Shown one piece after another: positions 41,991 through 54,996 of a stretch of DNA of 64,000 nucleotides. Position 1 is the first letter of the stretch; every line of letters begins with the position of its first letter. The position numbers were made by a program, and so were the translations under genes. This DNA is from Penicillus capitatus. Lineage: Eukaryota > Plantae > Chlorophyta. The stretch lies in NCBI GenBank assembly GCA_965649825.1, contig OZ287702.1:920786-984785 (forward strand). Direction: 5' to 3'. Below the pieces are notes generated by a model that ran no database searches, was not told where the DNA came from, and was given only the letters and a program-made list of their open reading frames with translations.

Positions 41991-44900
41991 ATGGCAACGA
42001 CAACAGATTTTTTGGCCTTTGGCTGTAAGCGCAGCGACCATCTCGATATCACAAAACCCATTTCGAAATACGTTGGCAAAATCTATGGCAAGGAACAGGC
42101 AGCAGACATTCTACAAGACATCGAAGAGGTGACGCGAAGGAGAAGGGAAGTTGTCGCCGCCAGCGGCGGAGGAGCGAGTGAAGGTGCTAAAGAAATTTGT
42201 GCCAGGTATGACGCAGTCCACTACCTGGACTCCCTGCTTATGCATCATCATGGTGTGTAGCTACTACCGAGCCCTGTCTGTTATGGAAACTCGTTTTCCC
42301 ATTAGTCGGGATTCGAATCATGCACAGGTGGTTTTCTGTTGGACGAATGCCATGAATCCCAGGAAGCGATGCAAACAACTGAACATCCATTTCGAAAAAG
42401 CGTCTGTTCTGTTTAACATTGCGGCACACCTTTCTCAATCGGCAGCCCAACAGAACAGAGAGTCGTCATCGGCATACAAAGAAGCCATGAAGAACTTTCA
42501 GGTGACCTGTGAGAATGTGTGAGAAAGAGTGATTTATGAAAGTACAGGAAGCAGCCACTGTATTTGCCCAAGTACGGGATGTGGCACTGAAGGTCGAAAA
42601 TCCAAAGCCCTCAGATCTGACAGCAGATTTCTTGATGATGGCCGAGAAGCTCATGTTGGCCCAAGGACATGAATGTGTCTACTGGATTGCATCTAAAGAT
42701 CAGAAGAGCCCCCTGATTCTTGCCCGTGTAGCGAAGCAGGCCTCGGGCATCTACGCTGAGGCATTGGGATTCCTCGCCAATCCATTTGTCCGTGAAGATC
42801 TCGACAAGTTATGGCAGGTGCGTGACGGATTGATACATAAAGGCCATCGCGAGGCACTCGGTCTCAGGATTTGGTCCAGAGCAAGAGTTGGCTGTTCGAA
42901 GCACTTTGTCAGTATCATGCTGCGGAGGATGCTCGATCGAAGGAAGATATCTCGACAGAGATTTCGCGACTGAATCAGACAACCATGTTGCTGCAGAAGT
43001 TGCTAAAGAATGGAAAATTTATGACCCAGTCTCTGCCGATATTGTTGAAGGAACTTACAGCCACCGTCACCAAGCGACTGCAGAAAGCTGAAGGAGTATG
43101 TATGTTACCCATGTCTGTGCTTAAACGACAGTTCTGTGTTCAGGACAATGCATCTGTCTACTTAAAGAGAGTGCATCCTTTCAATGAGCTGCCCCTGATC
43201 ACAGGTGTCTCCCTTGTGAAGCCCAGTCCATGTGCGTACCTGGATGCGTCATCCGAGCACATCTTTTCGGACCTCATTCCCGAGCCCATGTACCTCCTCT
43301 CCTGGCCACGTGTTTGTAACTGGATGCAATGTGGACAGCACCAAAGCCCTGTCAAGGTATTCGGATCTGGTGGATGAGATCATTCGCAAACAGATGGCGA
43401 AGCTTGATGGAGCCACAGACGAAGCACGACTGCGTTTGAAGCAGTATGAGCTGCCAGAGCGATTGGATTCTGTCACGAGTACCAATCCAGCTATGATACC
43501 GGAGGGATTGAAAAAAGACTTGGAAGAGATCGAGCAGTGTGGAGGAATAGGATACCTGGTCGAGGTAGACACCCCCAAGATTCGATCGCGAACTGCGGTC
43601 TGATGCGGTGTGTACGTTCAGATGGTCGCACAGGTGACTGGACTGAAGAATTCTGCCGTGGCCGATCTGGATAAGGTGGAGCAGGATCTCGACGACGAAG
43701 CAACGAAAGACTCGGAATGCAGAGAGCAATACGGTCAACAATGGACGGCCAAGACATCGGCTGGACAGACAGTGGGTTTCCGCAAAATCGTCTCATCCTA
43801 TCGGTAAGGGACAGGGATTCTTCGAGTCCATCACTCCTGAAACTTCACGCCACTGTAGGGAGAACATCACCAATGCCGACAACAGTGATCGGGTGATCCA
43901 AGAGAAGCTGACACAGAATACGGAGAAGCTCGGATTACTCTCGCTTACCTCTTGCGCAGAACATTTGCCAAAATTGGAAGCTGGCATGGTCAACACGACA
44001 GATCTGGAGCCACAGACGATCCTTGCAAATCTCAAAAGTGCGATGCTGCACATGAGTGGCGGAGATGATGTGTTTTGTAGATGCCGTCGATCAGTTGGGT
44101 GCCATGTCGGAAGAGAGGGCGGGACTGGAAGAATCTCTAAAAGAAATGAAGAACAAAGACAATCTGTTGCCAAAACTCGTGGCAACCGGCGTGGGTTCTC
44201 ACGAAGAATTGTTCAAAATGGAGCTGCTGAAGTATGATGAACTGATCAAGGACGTCGATGAGAATCTGAAGAACCAGGCAGAGTTGCTTGAGTATGTCCG
44301 CAAAGCACTCGGCACCTTTGAACAAACATTCGACATTACGGCATGGAAACAGAAAACGGATCAGTACTGCAAGGAGATCAAAGCAAACGTAAGCATAAGA
44401 CGACAGCGATTGTGTGACCTCCTTTCCAATGCATCTCCATCTGCAGATCGCCGCCTTTCATGACATCCGAACCAATCTCGGAGAAGGAATGCGTTTCTAT
44501 ATGGACCTCAAGGCACATGTTGACAAACTCAAGCAGCAGACAACGGACTTCATTCTGTCTCGAACGCTGGATAGAGAAGACCGTTTGGAGGTGAACACAA
44601 AATGCTCGGCAAAGATGAAGGACATATACATCTCTGCTGGTTTTGTAGATGCTGAAGGCCAAAGAAAAGCCTGCGGTCATGGTTGCACCTCCTCAGCCTC
44701 CTGCAGAACCACCAGCGTTTGTGCCTCCGCCTTCTGTCCCTTCTGAACCATCAACCTATGCGACATCGCCACCACAGCCAACCCAAGTGTCCACTGCTTC
44801 CTATACAACACCGTCTTATGCTGGAGTACCCATGGAGACAAGACAGGACAGTGGAACACAGAAGCCGATGGCTCCAGCAGCGCCGCCACCGCCGCCTGAT

Positions 44901-45518
44901 CCTCCTGGAAGTACCTATGTGCCTCAAGCGCCTCCTACTGCTCCGCCTGTGCAACATGATGCCATGGTGGAGAGTCCTAACCCCTATTACCCACCGCCGC
45001 CTCAATCGCATCATCCTCCTTCTCCGCCCCCACCTTCCGCGCAGCATTCATCCTTCTATAATCCGTATGTCCCTCAAGGGCATTATCCGCCTTCGCAAGC
45101 TGCCTATTCTCCCAATACCACCCATTCCATACCTCCAAATCCGGGATACAGTAATCAAGGGCAGACAGCACAGACACCAATGTCGTATGCTCATCCAGGA
45201 AGTGGCCAGCCAGCACCCCAGTATGCTCATCCAGGAAGTGGCCAGCCAGCACCCCAGTATGCTCATCCAGGAAGTGGCCAGCCAGCACCCCAGTATCATC
45301 AGCCCAATTATCAGCAAAACTATCAACACAGCTACCAGCCAAACCAGCCGGCTTCGTACCCCTATCCACCACAAGACCAACCGATGCAGCATCCCTATCC
45401 GCCACAAGATCAGCAGATGCAGCATCCCTATCCCCAACAACAAGGACAGCAGCCGCCACCTCCATCAGGCTACTCTCAATATCCTCCTGGACCACACTAT
45501 CCGTATCAGCATCATTGA
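41991..45518 (+). CDS. ALIX: ALIX/Bro1 ESCRT-accessory protein (Bro1 + V domain + Pro-rich tail)
   Basis: FEKASVLFNIAA, MLAQGHEC, EISRL, V-domain exons (EARLRLKQYELPE, EGMRFYMDL) and a PYP/PQ-rich C-terminus. Confidence 0.93.
45186..45293 (+). repeat. Coding tandem repeat, 3 x 36 bp (YAHPGSGQPAPQ) in the ALIX Pro-rich tail
   Basis: Three identical copies of tatgctcatccaggaagtggccagccagcaccccag starting at 45186, 45222 and 45258. Confidence 0.97.
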
Positions 45519-45756
45519 ACAAAGCTGAAGCCTCTTGTCTGCTACATGAGACGGCGATTTACCAAGAACGAACTCTGTTTTATTGTTAAAGAGCCAAAAC
45601 TTGCGAACAGCTGATCTGTTAACGAATATTGATCTCACTCTCTTCAGACATTGGAATTGGTTTTATTTAAACATCAAATCAAGAGCAGAAATTCTGAAGT
45701 CAAAGCCCAAAGGCGATAGATAACAAAGAAAGGCAATGAAGTGCATCCTCGTGCTT

Positions 45757-46798
<1,042 letters not shown>

Positions 46799-46915
46799 TC
46801 ACATCACGACGTCAACCACTCTTCATTATCAGATGCTCTCGAAAACTGCACTTCCTAGCTGGAGGCATGCTCTGAGACGTGCGTGCGTATCTCTCGACGC
46901 GGCGACACAATTGAA

Positions 46916-47335
46916 ATGTATGTTCGTGCAGTCTTGTGCCGTCGAGCGATCGTCTCGATCGAAGAGCACTATCGTCTTGAGGGAGTGCCGGCGGAAACGG
47001 CGCACATTGTCAAGGTCCTCCATCAAAGCAGGAAACCACTTACGACCTTTCAGCTCTGGAATGAGTTATATGTCATATTCCTTCTTCCTTGGATTTGAGT
47101 GTAGCCTCTCATAACTGCATTCTTTCAGGACAGTGACATCTTTGATAACGTCGCTACCATGCGCGAATCTTTGGAGTATCTCTTAGAGGCATCCTACGTC
47201 GTGTGTATTCCCGGAAAGAGTAAGTCATTCGATCGAGTGTGCCATGTAAAGAGTGAGATGACAGGCCACGAACGTCAAAAGGCCACCAATGTCTATGCCC
47301 TTACACATCGAGCGAAGTTGGAGGACATTGACTGA
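46916..47335 (+). CDS. Small winged-helix-like protein, possibly a mitoribosomal mL80-like subunit
   Basis: Three exons give MYVRAVLCRR...ETAHIVKVLHQSRKPLTTFQLWNELY, DSDIFDNVATMRESLEYLL and VVCIPG...NVYAL. The wHTH pattern is recognised by eye only. Confidence 0.45.
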
Positions 47336-47387
47336 CTAACGGATGCGTTGTTCACTTAAAGATCTGTATCAAAATCGATAAAACCAT

Positions 47388-50186
47388 CTAATAGATGCCC
47401 TTTGTGGCAGTTTTGGCACAGCATTCGATACACTGGGAACTGAGATTTGAAGGCTGACTGTCATCCAGATAATAGCATTCCCTGCTCTTCATTTCTCCAC
47501 ATCGTTTGCACTGCTTCTCCATTAACTGTGTCATCTTCGTGCTCTTCAAATGATATCCATTCCATACAAAGTTGTTCCCATCGAACTTCTCAAGCGAAGA
47601 TGGGACCATCTCACATCTAGACGGAACATGATGTGTGATCGTCACACTTTTTGGTCCATCTGACTTCAGCTGTGTATTTAGAACACTCTCTGATGTGAAA
47701 CGGCGATGCGATGCTGGCCGAGACGGTTCATCGGAATCCTTCTCGGTATCGGAATCGGCACAGGAGGCATTCCACAGATGCTCACCTCCGCCCGGATCCC
47801 GCACTCTTAAGGCATCGCATTCAAAGTCAATAAGATCCAGTACTTCTTGATATCCATGCGTCAGACGACGCCTCTTGTGGGTGCGAGGCGTTCCGACGAG
47901 CCGAAGATCCTCTTCCTCGTCTCTGCATCTCTGGCAAACGCGCGTCGTTCTATTGGGATAGAAGATCGACTTGGCGAAATGTATCGCGGATTTCGATCGT
48001 CCGCAGCGCACACAGCATCTTCTGAGCTTTCGATTGGATAGGCGTCTTCCGGCCATTCCATTGCCTCGGCGACATTCCTTGCACAAGGGACAAAGGCCGT
48101 CCGGCAACAGAGGATTGGCATCGAATTCGATCCAGTTCTTGTCCACGTGGCAGCCAACACAGACACGATGCTGTGCAGACGTCACATCCGCCATCATCGC
48201 ATCCTCGTCTTCGTATCCCGGATCGGCAGAACCGGCTGAGCTCTCTGGCAGCAATGCATCCACGTAGTTCAATACGATCTCCATGTCTGCATCGTCGACA
48301 TCTTGCACGTGTCCCTGTCGGGCAGATTTGTTGATCGAATTCGTCGTCGTGCGTTTCTCCACTGATTTCTCTGTCTTATTCTTGGCTTCTTTTGCGCATT
48401 TTTTGCAGATGGATGCATAGCTATCTTCTTTGGATTTGTCGCGATAGAACTCTCCGACCGGTTTCTGATGGTCACATCTGGAACATACTTTTTCGACGAT
48501 GGCTGTCTTCTTTCGAAGCGGCTTTCGTGGAATCTTTTTCCGCACGACGTCTGCATTTGACGTCTTTTCTTCGACGCCTCCGTTCGGCGTCCCGTCGCGT
48601 CCACGTTTCTGGCACTGGCGACATCGGGATCGCAGGCCACTCGGCTTCGAAACATCGCGTCCGAATTCACTGGCTTTCTTGAAATGCCAGCATCCGGTGC
48701 AGTACTTCGTCACGTTCCCTTGTTTATCCTTAACCGTAGAGCATCCGGTCAACCCCTTTTGCTTCGGCACTTTGCTATTTCCTCCTCCGCGTTCCGACCC
48801 TTCGCCCTTGCGACGCTCTTCGGTCGGTCGTACGGATAGTACACTCAGTGCCGCGAGTTTGCCTTGGCCGTCGGCCTCCCCCGAGGGATCGCATCGGTCG
48901 TCGGTTACGCGGCGACTGCGCTTGGATGATTTCTTCTCTCGAAAGACCCGTCTCCGACCCTCCGGAGCCTCTCCAATCTCATCGTCCAATGTCATGAAAT
49001 CGGGCTCGCGTGTCTTCTGACTCTTGCGCCGATTTCTCTTGCTCCGCGTTGGCTTGACGGTTGGAAAATAGAAATCGCCATTGTCGTCGAGCCCCTCGTT
49101 CACCTGGCCAATCTCTGCCTCTTCTTCGATGACTGGCAGATCGACACCCGTGCCCTTTCGGGCTTTCATGCATTCCATGCATCGTGGGCGAAACCCTGCC
49201 TTCGTGTAGGAGTCCCGGTAGAAATGATCCAAAGGCAGCTCCAGTTCACAGCTGCAGCAGTGCTTGCTCATCAGAGGAGCATTCGCCTCTGTACACGAAT
49301 GGCATTTCAGGGTAAAGGGCTTCTGTCGTGCCTTGTCAAACTCATAGACCGGCTTCCGTTCCCCACATGCTGCACAGATCGCCGTCCCTGACAGTCCAAT
49401 GTGTGACTCCTTCTTCTTCGCCTTCTTCTGCATCGCAGGTGGCTTCTCCTCCACCTTAAGTTCGAGCACATCGCCCAATTTCTCTTTCTTGTCTTGACGT
49501 GCCTTCGATTCACATGCTTTGCATCTCGATCGTAGTCCCAAGGGTTTATCCTTGTGTTTCGTGAAGCTCTTGTAGGATTTCATGACACCACAGGTTGAAC
49601 ACCTGGCATGGCATCTGTGGTGATGATGCATGGAGTGCTGTTGTGGTCAGGGTTTCACTTTTTGAATTCCTCCTGTTCCCGATGTGTATGAGATTCGTCT
49701 CCTGCCAAAGAGGAAATGGCCATGTCACAGTACTCTTGCACAATTTCCTCTGGTATTCCCAATACCTTCGTTTTGACCTACGACCAAAAACGCCTGTCGC
49801 GTTGCCCTGTGGAATGGATGGAAGGCGCGGACCGCCTGTTTCAGCTGTGTCGCGTTATGGTGATTCGCGTCCGCGAGTTCCTGCAGCGTCGCAAATACTC
49901 GACGTAGGGGTACGAGTTCCAAGTTGCGTTTCTTTGTTCCGGCCACGAGAATGCGTTGGCCTCCTGTGCGCTCCCTCACGAATAGTTTTGCTCCGAAACG
50001 ATGCTGCAGTTCGGTACTGTTCTGCGCGAGCTGACCCTCTTCAGGGGACGCAGCAGTATCGCCCCCCATTCTCGCCAAGCACACGTCATACGCGTCGTCG
50101 GAGATGAGCTCCACTGGATTCCGCGCACTGTACGCATGGAGTATTTGTATAAAGAGTGTTTCGTCGACGCCGCCGGCATGCAACAT
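47388..50186 (-). CDS. 899-aa protein: degenerate integrase-H2C2-like N-terminal module plus eight CxxC-x~19-23-CxxC zinc ribbons
   Basis: Exons 50186-49833, 49777-49659 and 49614-47388 (introns of 55 and 44 nt, GT-AG) join in frame to 2700 nt, merging two ORFs the track lists separately. Confidence 0.7.
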
Positions 50187-50451
50187 CGTTGCGTGCCCGC
50201 CCTTTTGTCGCAATCGAAAATGTCGCTTTCTCTAAAATGCACACACGAATTCCCTCACTGCGTCCATTCCCTTGTCGAGACACGCACCACCGAGGGTGGA
50301 AAGAGCACAAACCTCGCTCCTTGCTAAAAGCGACGGTGGCTCAAAATGCGAAATGCAAAGTCTGCGAAGCGCAAGGTCATTAAATGCGCACCTTGCTGCG
50401 TCAGTCAAGTTGTTGCGTCAATTTGCGTTGTTGCTGGTTGGTCTTTCAAAA

Positions 50452-51231
50452 ATGAACACTGAAACCGAAACTGAAGATTCTGAAGTGACCGGCTCCGGCG
50501 AAGAGGAAGAGGAAGAGGATGCCTCGTGGATTTCTTGGTACTCCGGTCTTCGCGGAAACGAGTTCTTCTGCGACGTCGACGAAGAATATATCCAAGACGA
50601 GTTTAACCTCAGTGGACTCTCTAGTCAAGTACCTTACTACGACTACGCCCTTGATTTGATACTCGATTCCGAAAGTCCCAGCAGCGAACAGTTTACTGAA
50701 GAACAGCATGAACTCATCGAGGCTGCCGCTGAATTGCTCTATGGACTCATCCATGCTCGATATATACTGACGGCCCGGGGACTCAGTCAGATGTTAGAAA
50801 AATACAAGAACTGTGACTTTGGCAAATGCCCTCGAGTGCATTGCAATGGACAGCCGTGTCTCCCAGTGGGAATGTCGGATATTCTGCGTCAGTCGACTGT
50901 CAAGATTTTCTGTCCGAGATGTCAAGATGTCTACTGTCCTCGGTCAAAGTACCAGGAGAATATCGATGGTGCCTATTTTGGGACCACATTTCCACATTTG
51001 CTTCTCATGACTTATCCGTTGCTTCGACCACCCAGGCCAACAGTGGAGTACACCCCTCGGGTGTTTGGATTCAAGTTACACCCTACTGCTTTTGACCAGA
51101 AACCTTCTCCCACCCAGAACGGAAACAGCCGTTCCACGATGTCACTCTCTGTGAAATCTGCGACGACCACGACAGCAACACCGGCGGCTCCAGCCAAATC
51201 CAAGCCCGCAAATGTGGAAGAGAGGAAGTAG
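50452..51231 (+). CDS. CKB: Casein kinase II regulatory (beta) subunit, intronless
   Basis: [46 protein letters not shown]...CPRC and [12 protein letters not shown]. Confidence 0.97.
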   Translation: MNTETETEDSEVTGSGEEEEEEDASWISWYSGLRGNEFFCDVDEEYIQDEFNLSGLSSQVPYYDYALDLILDSESPSSEQFTEEQHELIEAAAELLYGLIHARYILTARGLSQMLEKYKNCDFGKCPRVHCNGQPCLPVGMSDILRQSTVKIFCPRCQDVYCPRSKYQENIDGAYFGTTFPHLLLMTYPLLRPPRPTVEYTPRVFGFKLHPTAFDQKPSPTQNGNSRSTMSLSVKSATTTTATPAAPAKSKPANVEERK

Positions 51232-52465
51232 TCTCGGTCCGTCGTATTAGTTTCACAAGATGGAGGGACATACCATAACAATCATCAACAACCTTAGCAG
51301 AACTCACTGTGTAAAGTGTCGATGATATGACGTATGAGAGATCGCAATGTCTCGTCCATTCTCATGCCGCAGACACGTGTTGGGTGGAATAGGATATCGC
51401 TTCTGTGTCTTAACCTTCGTGAAATCTTATTTCCCTGACCCAATCAACATCTGTGATTCCAGCGAAACCTTCGACGCGATGTTTGACGTGACAGCTGTGG
51501 ATGATGATCTCTCGTAACAGGGCGCCCCCGCTTATCAGCCACAGAATGCATCGTATGACAGATCGATGGGCTCCTCGAAACATCGACTGGCTGCCTGACC
51601 ACATACCAACCACGCGATCGGCATCGCAAACGCCTAGACGCCGAAAGAGCGCATCTGTGGATATCTTTGGAGATTTTGGCTGCAAGGCTGCAAACGGAGA
51701 GCGTGTCTATCGAGCGACTCGTGCGAAGCTGCAAGATTTGGTGGTCGGCTAAAAGCAGGGCTGTGAAAATTCAGCCTTGCCTTCGGGGCAACTCGTTGGA
51801 CGTGTCCGAGGCTTTAATGATCAATCAACTCTTGCTCTTTCACCAAATCCTTTTAATCTGTTGTCGTTGAGCGAATCAAGGATATCAGTGATCAGGCACA
51901 TGGTTATCAGAGGGACAAGATTGCTCGCTATGCATGAGTACAAAAAAAGCACAGGCGCCATACACCGTATCTTGACAAAGCACAGAAATGCCGAAAATTG
52001 TAAAGGAACGGGGACGGCATATGCGACCGAGAGCCGGCTTAACACGTCTTTACATTCCGCCGCCGATTCGGACGTTCATTGCAGGAACAAGATGAAGGCT
52101 CCACGAGCGATAACTTAATCTTCGATATGGAATTGTCCGTGACTCGGAAAAGTTCGCCGTTATCGACGATAGCCGCCTGCAAGGATGATGGGCAGAGATC
52201 CGATTTAATTGCAGCTATCCATGAAGTTAAGGAACACCACAATCTTCTTATGGAGTTCGAAAACCAAGTAACCGTCACTCTCTCTTTTTCAAAGAGTGAG
52301 ATCTCAAACACAATGGGTGCATCTAGGTCATTCAAGCATATGCATTAGCACGAGGTTCATGCGAAGTCGGCGGCGTTTTGGATTTGCATGTGGTGGCTCA
52401 GACATTGGAACGTCTCGATTTTGTTGTCAAACTGGTTGACGGGCGGAAAGAGATGCTGCATGTCT

Positions 52466-52846
52466 CTAGCTGTTGCCGAGTGCGCCATCGACCTTCGATG
52501 ACTTATCGGTCTTGACTTGATCGAAACCCGTCAAGGACGACGAGAATTCTCGAAATCCTGGCAGAGAGCCATTGCTCGATAACCGAGGGCCACAGGACTG
52601 AAATCCGATGGCAGACCTCGTTGAGAAACGCACTTGTATAAAGGCCCAACCGACGGAGCTAATGCCGACAGCGCCGCCGAAGGCCCACCGACTGAAGTGT
52701 CTGTGTGATCCTCCCGGAGGTCTCGGGCGTCGTTTTCCGCCTCCTTTCGCCTCTTGTTGAGAACAGACAACGGGGAGCCACACCCGTCGCGGCTCGCTTC
52801 GTCGAGAAGCTGCCGAAACAGCTCTCTGTAACGGACCACAAAGCAT
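52466..52846 (-). CDS. Small putative organelle-targeted single-TM protein, unknown function
   Basis: MLCGPLQRAVSAASRR... transit-like N-terminus, hydrophobic WAFGGAVGISSVGWAFIQ segment, and a CAA|GTGCG donor of a likely in-frame intron. Confidence 0.45.
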   Translation of the reverse strand: MLCGPLQRAVSAASRRSEPRRVWLPVVCSQQEAKGGGKRRPRPPGGSHRHFSRWAFGGAVGISSVGWAFIQVRFSTRSAIGFQSCGPRLSSNGSLPGFREFSSSLTGFDQVKTDKSSKVDGALGNS

Positions 52847-52920
52847 GACACGAACACCACGTATCAGCACCACTTTGGCAGACCCTAAGACGATCGATAA
52901 AATGACGCATTGTGCATTCG

Positions 52921-53547
52921 ATGATTTCCTTCCACGACGTTCTGCTTCGTCAAACAGATGTGGATCTGTTAAAGGGGCCATATTGGCTCAATGATCAACT
53001 CGTGGCCTTCTACTTTGAATACCTCACACATGAAGTCGTGCCGAATGCATCTCTTCGGTTTCTCCCGGGCGCCGCCGCCTTTCTGCTGAGGAATGGGACT
53101 GTGGAAGACGTGGACGTCTGCTTCGTCCGACCGTTAAAGCTCAAGCAGTGTGATGTCATTTTTATGGCGGTGAATGATAATCCAAATGTGACCCAGGCCG
53201 AAGGCGGAACGCACTGGAGTTTGCTCATCTGGGTGCGACAGGAATGTATGTTTGTGCACCTGGATTCGTATGGCGGCGTAAACAACGAGCCGGCAAGAGA
53301 TACGGCAAAGAAGCTGCATGTCGTGTTGTCCACGGAGGGATCCATGAAGTTTGTTGCTCCCCTCGTCCCGCAACAGACAAACGGCTCCGACTGTGCCCTC
53401 TATCTACTCAAATTCGCACAGATCCTCGCCACAGATCTCACTCAGTGGAGTGCGTCCCGATTGAAGATTCTGAAATGTGTGACCCCCTTGAGCATCATAC
53501 ATTTTCGCAAAGAGCTACTCGACATCATCGAAAGCAAACGAAGCTAA
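52921..53547 (+). CDS. SENP8: NEDD8-specific protease (SENP8/DEN1, peptidase C48)
   Basis: WLNDQLVAFYFEYL, GGTHWSLL, HLDS and QQTNGSDCALY catalytic motifs. Intronless. Confidence 0.93.
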   Translation: MISFHDVLLRQTDVDLLKGPYWLNDQLVAFYFEYLTHEVVPNASLRFLPGAAAFLLRNGTVEDVDVCFVRPLKLKQCDVIFMAVNDNPNVTQAEGGTHWSLLIWVRQECMFVHLDSYGGVNNEPARDTAKKLHVVLSTEGSMKFVAPLVPQQTNGSDCALYLLKFAQILATDLTQWSASRLKILKCVTPLSIIHFRKELLDIIESKRS

Positions 53548-54318
53548 TCGTGCTTAGTGACAAGTGTGTAAAATTTTCCGGCCTGTGTGGATTTCTCGTC
53601 CAGGAGTCCGAGTCCCATGAGGTCACGCAGATGGTATTTGATACCGAGTCTCGATTTTCGCAGTTCGCATTCGAAGAGTCGCGACTCTTTGATCTCGCGA
53701 TATTTCTTTCGCTGGAACATTCTCAGCATTTCTTTGCGTCCCTCGATCAGACTCGTCACGAAGAAGCCGAGGCGTGGTGACCAGATATGCATGCTGTTCG
53801 AACGGCCGCCGCCAGGTCGCACGTCATCTGTGATGAATCCCAGAGAATGCAACACACGAACGGCTTCCAACTCCCTCTCCGAATCGCCCGTCACTTCCAT
53901 TGCCTCAAACAGCTGCTCTTGCGAGAGAAGAGGATCGCGGGTCTTGTCGAGAATGGCTTCTTTGAATCTAAGCCCAGGAGAGATCCGATCACGTCGACAG
54001 GGGGTGCGATCTTGCTGACTTTAGGAGGATTTGGGATTCGCGAGGTGAACGGCTGTGAGCAATGGAGGTGATGTCTGCGTCGTGTTCGGTGCTGAGGAGA
54101 ATGGCGACGTCATTTCGGTTGGTCGGCAGCTGAAACAGGCGAATCTTGCCGGACTGTCTCAGAGCATCGAGCTCCGCTTCCACAGTCGTTCTGTTCGGCA
54201 CCAATGTATAGATCTGCGTCTTCAGCATCACCGAGGCATATTCGAGAATCGCACATTCTTCGGTGAGCAATTCGAGGGCGAAGTAGGTATCTGTCGGCAC
54301 ATTTGGGTGATCATTCAT
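53544..54318 (-). CDS. STK19: STK19-like tandem winged-helix protein
   Basis: PTDTYFAL, MLKTQIYTLV.NRTTVEAEL..LRQSGKIRLF and SRLGIKYHLRDLMG. Confidence 0.85.
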
Positions 54319-54475
54319 CGCGTTCTTAGTGGACCCGGATAACTAGGGAGCCTGTTAAAACAGTCTTTAGTCATGTAACAAAGTCAACAGCCGAATTGGG
54401 CCAATAACGTGCGTAGTCAGAGAACGCGAGAAAAGAAGACTGAGAATGTAAAAAGCTCAGAAATGGAAAATGCCA

Positions 54476-54514
54476 AACATTGAACAGTGAACATTGAACA
54501 TTGAACATTGAACC
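54476..54514. repeat. Heptamer tandem run (AACATTG)5
   Basis: aacattg aacagtg aacattg aacattg aacattg aacc. Confidence 0.9.
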
Positions 54515-54536
54515 ATGTGTTCTCAAAAAAACAAGA

Positions 54537-54610
54537 TCACTCTCTGGCAGGAGACCAAAACTCCTGAGATCGCTCACTCTCTGGCAGGAGACCAAAACTC
54601 CTGAGATCGC
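54537..54610. repeat. Perfect 2 x 37 bp direct repeat, each unit with a CAGGAG-N7-CTCCTG hairpin
   Basis: tcactctctggcaggagaccaaaactcctgagatcgc at 54537 and 54574. Confidence 0.95.
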
Positions 54611-54996
54611 TCGCTGACAGACTAGGGAAAACACAGCAGTGGCAACTGGCTGTTCACCAGTAGAGAATGCCTTTCTCTTTTTGCTAAGAAAATCAAAAGA
54701 GGTAAAAGAATCTGAAAGCCAGGAAAGAGTTCAAACAGTCACTCGTGTGCAGACTTCGAATCAAGGTCCTTCAGACATCTTTGTTGGAGGCATGAGTCAT
54801 CGCTCCTGTGGCATGAGATTAGCAACAGAGATTGAGAGAGAAGAGAGCGGGTTACTTGATGAGACATGGTCGACGAACTGCAACGGAGGATTGTGCCATT
54901 GGCATGCATGATAGGATCTATCCGCTCGGGCAGTGTGGGAGAGTTTTGAGGGTGCGAGTGGGCCGACCATCTCCAGGGGCTTTCAGATCCGGCGCG

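Noticed and set aside
49615-49631. MHHHH start of the 747-aa ORF as a His-rich N-terminus
   Set aside because: It lies inside a well-formed 44-nt intron (49658-49615) that joins the upstream exons in frame.
51501-52348. Collinear plus-strand ORFs (83, 113 and 89 aa) after CKB
   Set aside because: No family motif or clear splice path. It may be a lineage-specific gene but cannot be supported from sequence alone.
54476-54514. Telomeric repeat
   Set aside because: The unit is 7 bp but AACATTG/CAATGTT lacks the G-run of TTTAGGG-type repeats.
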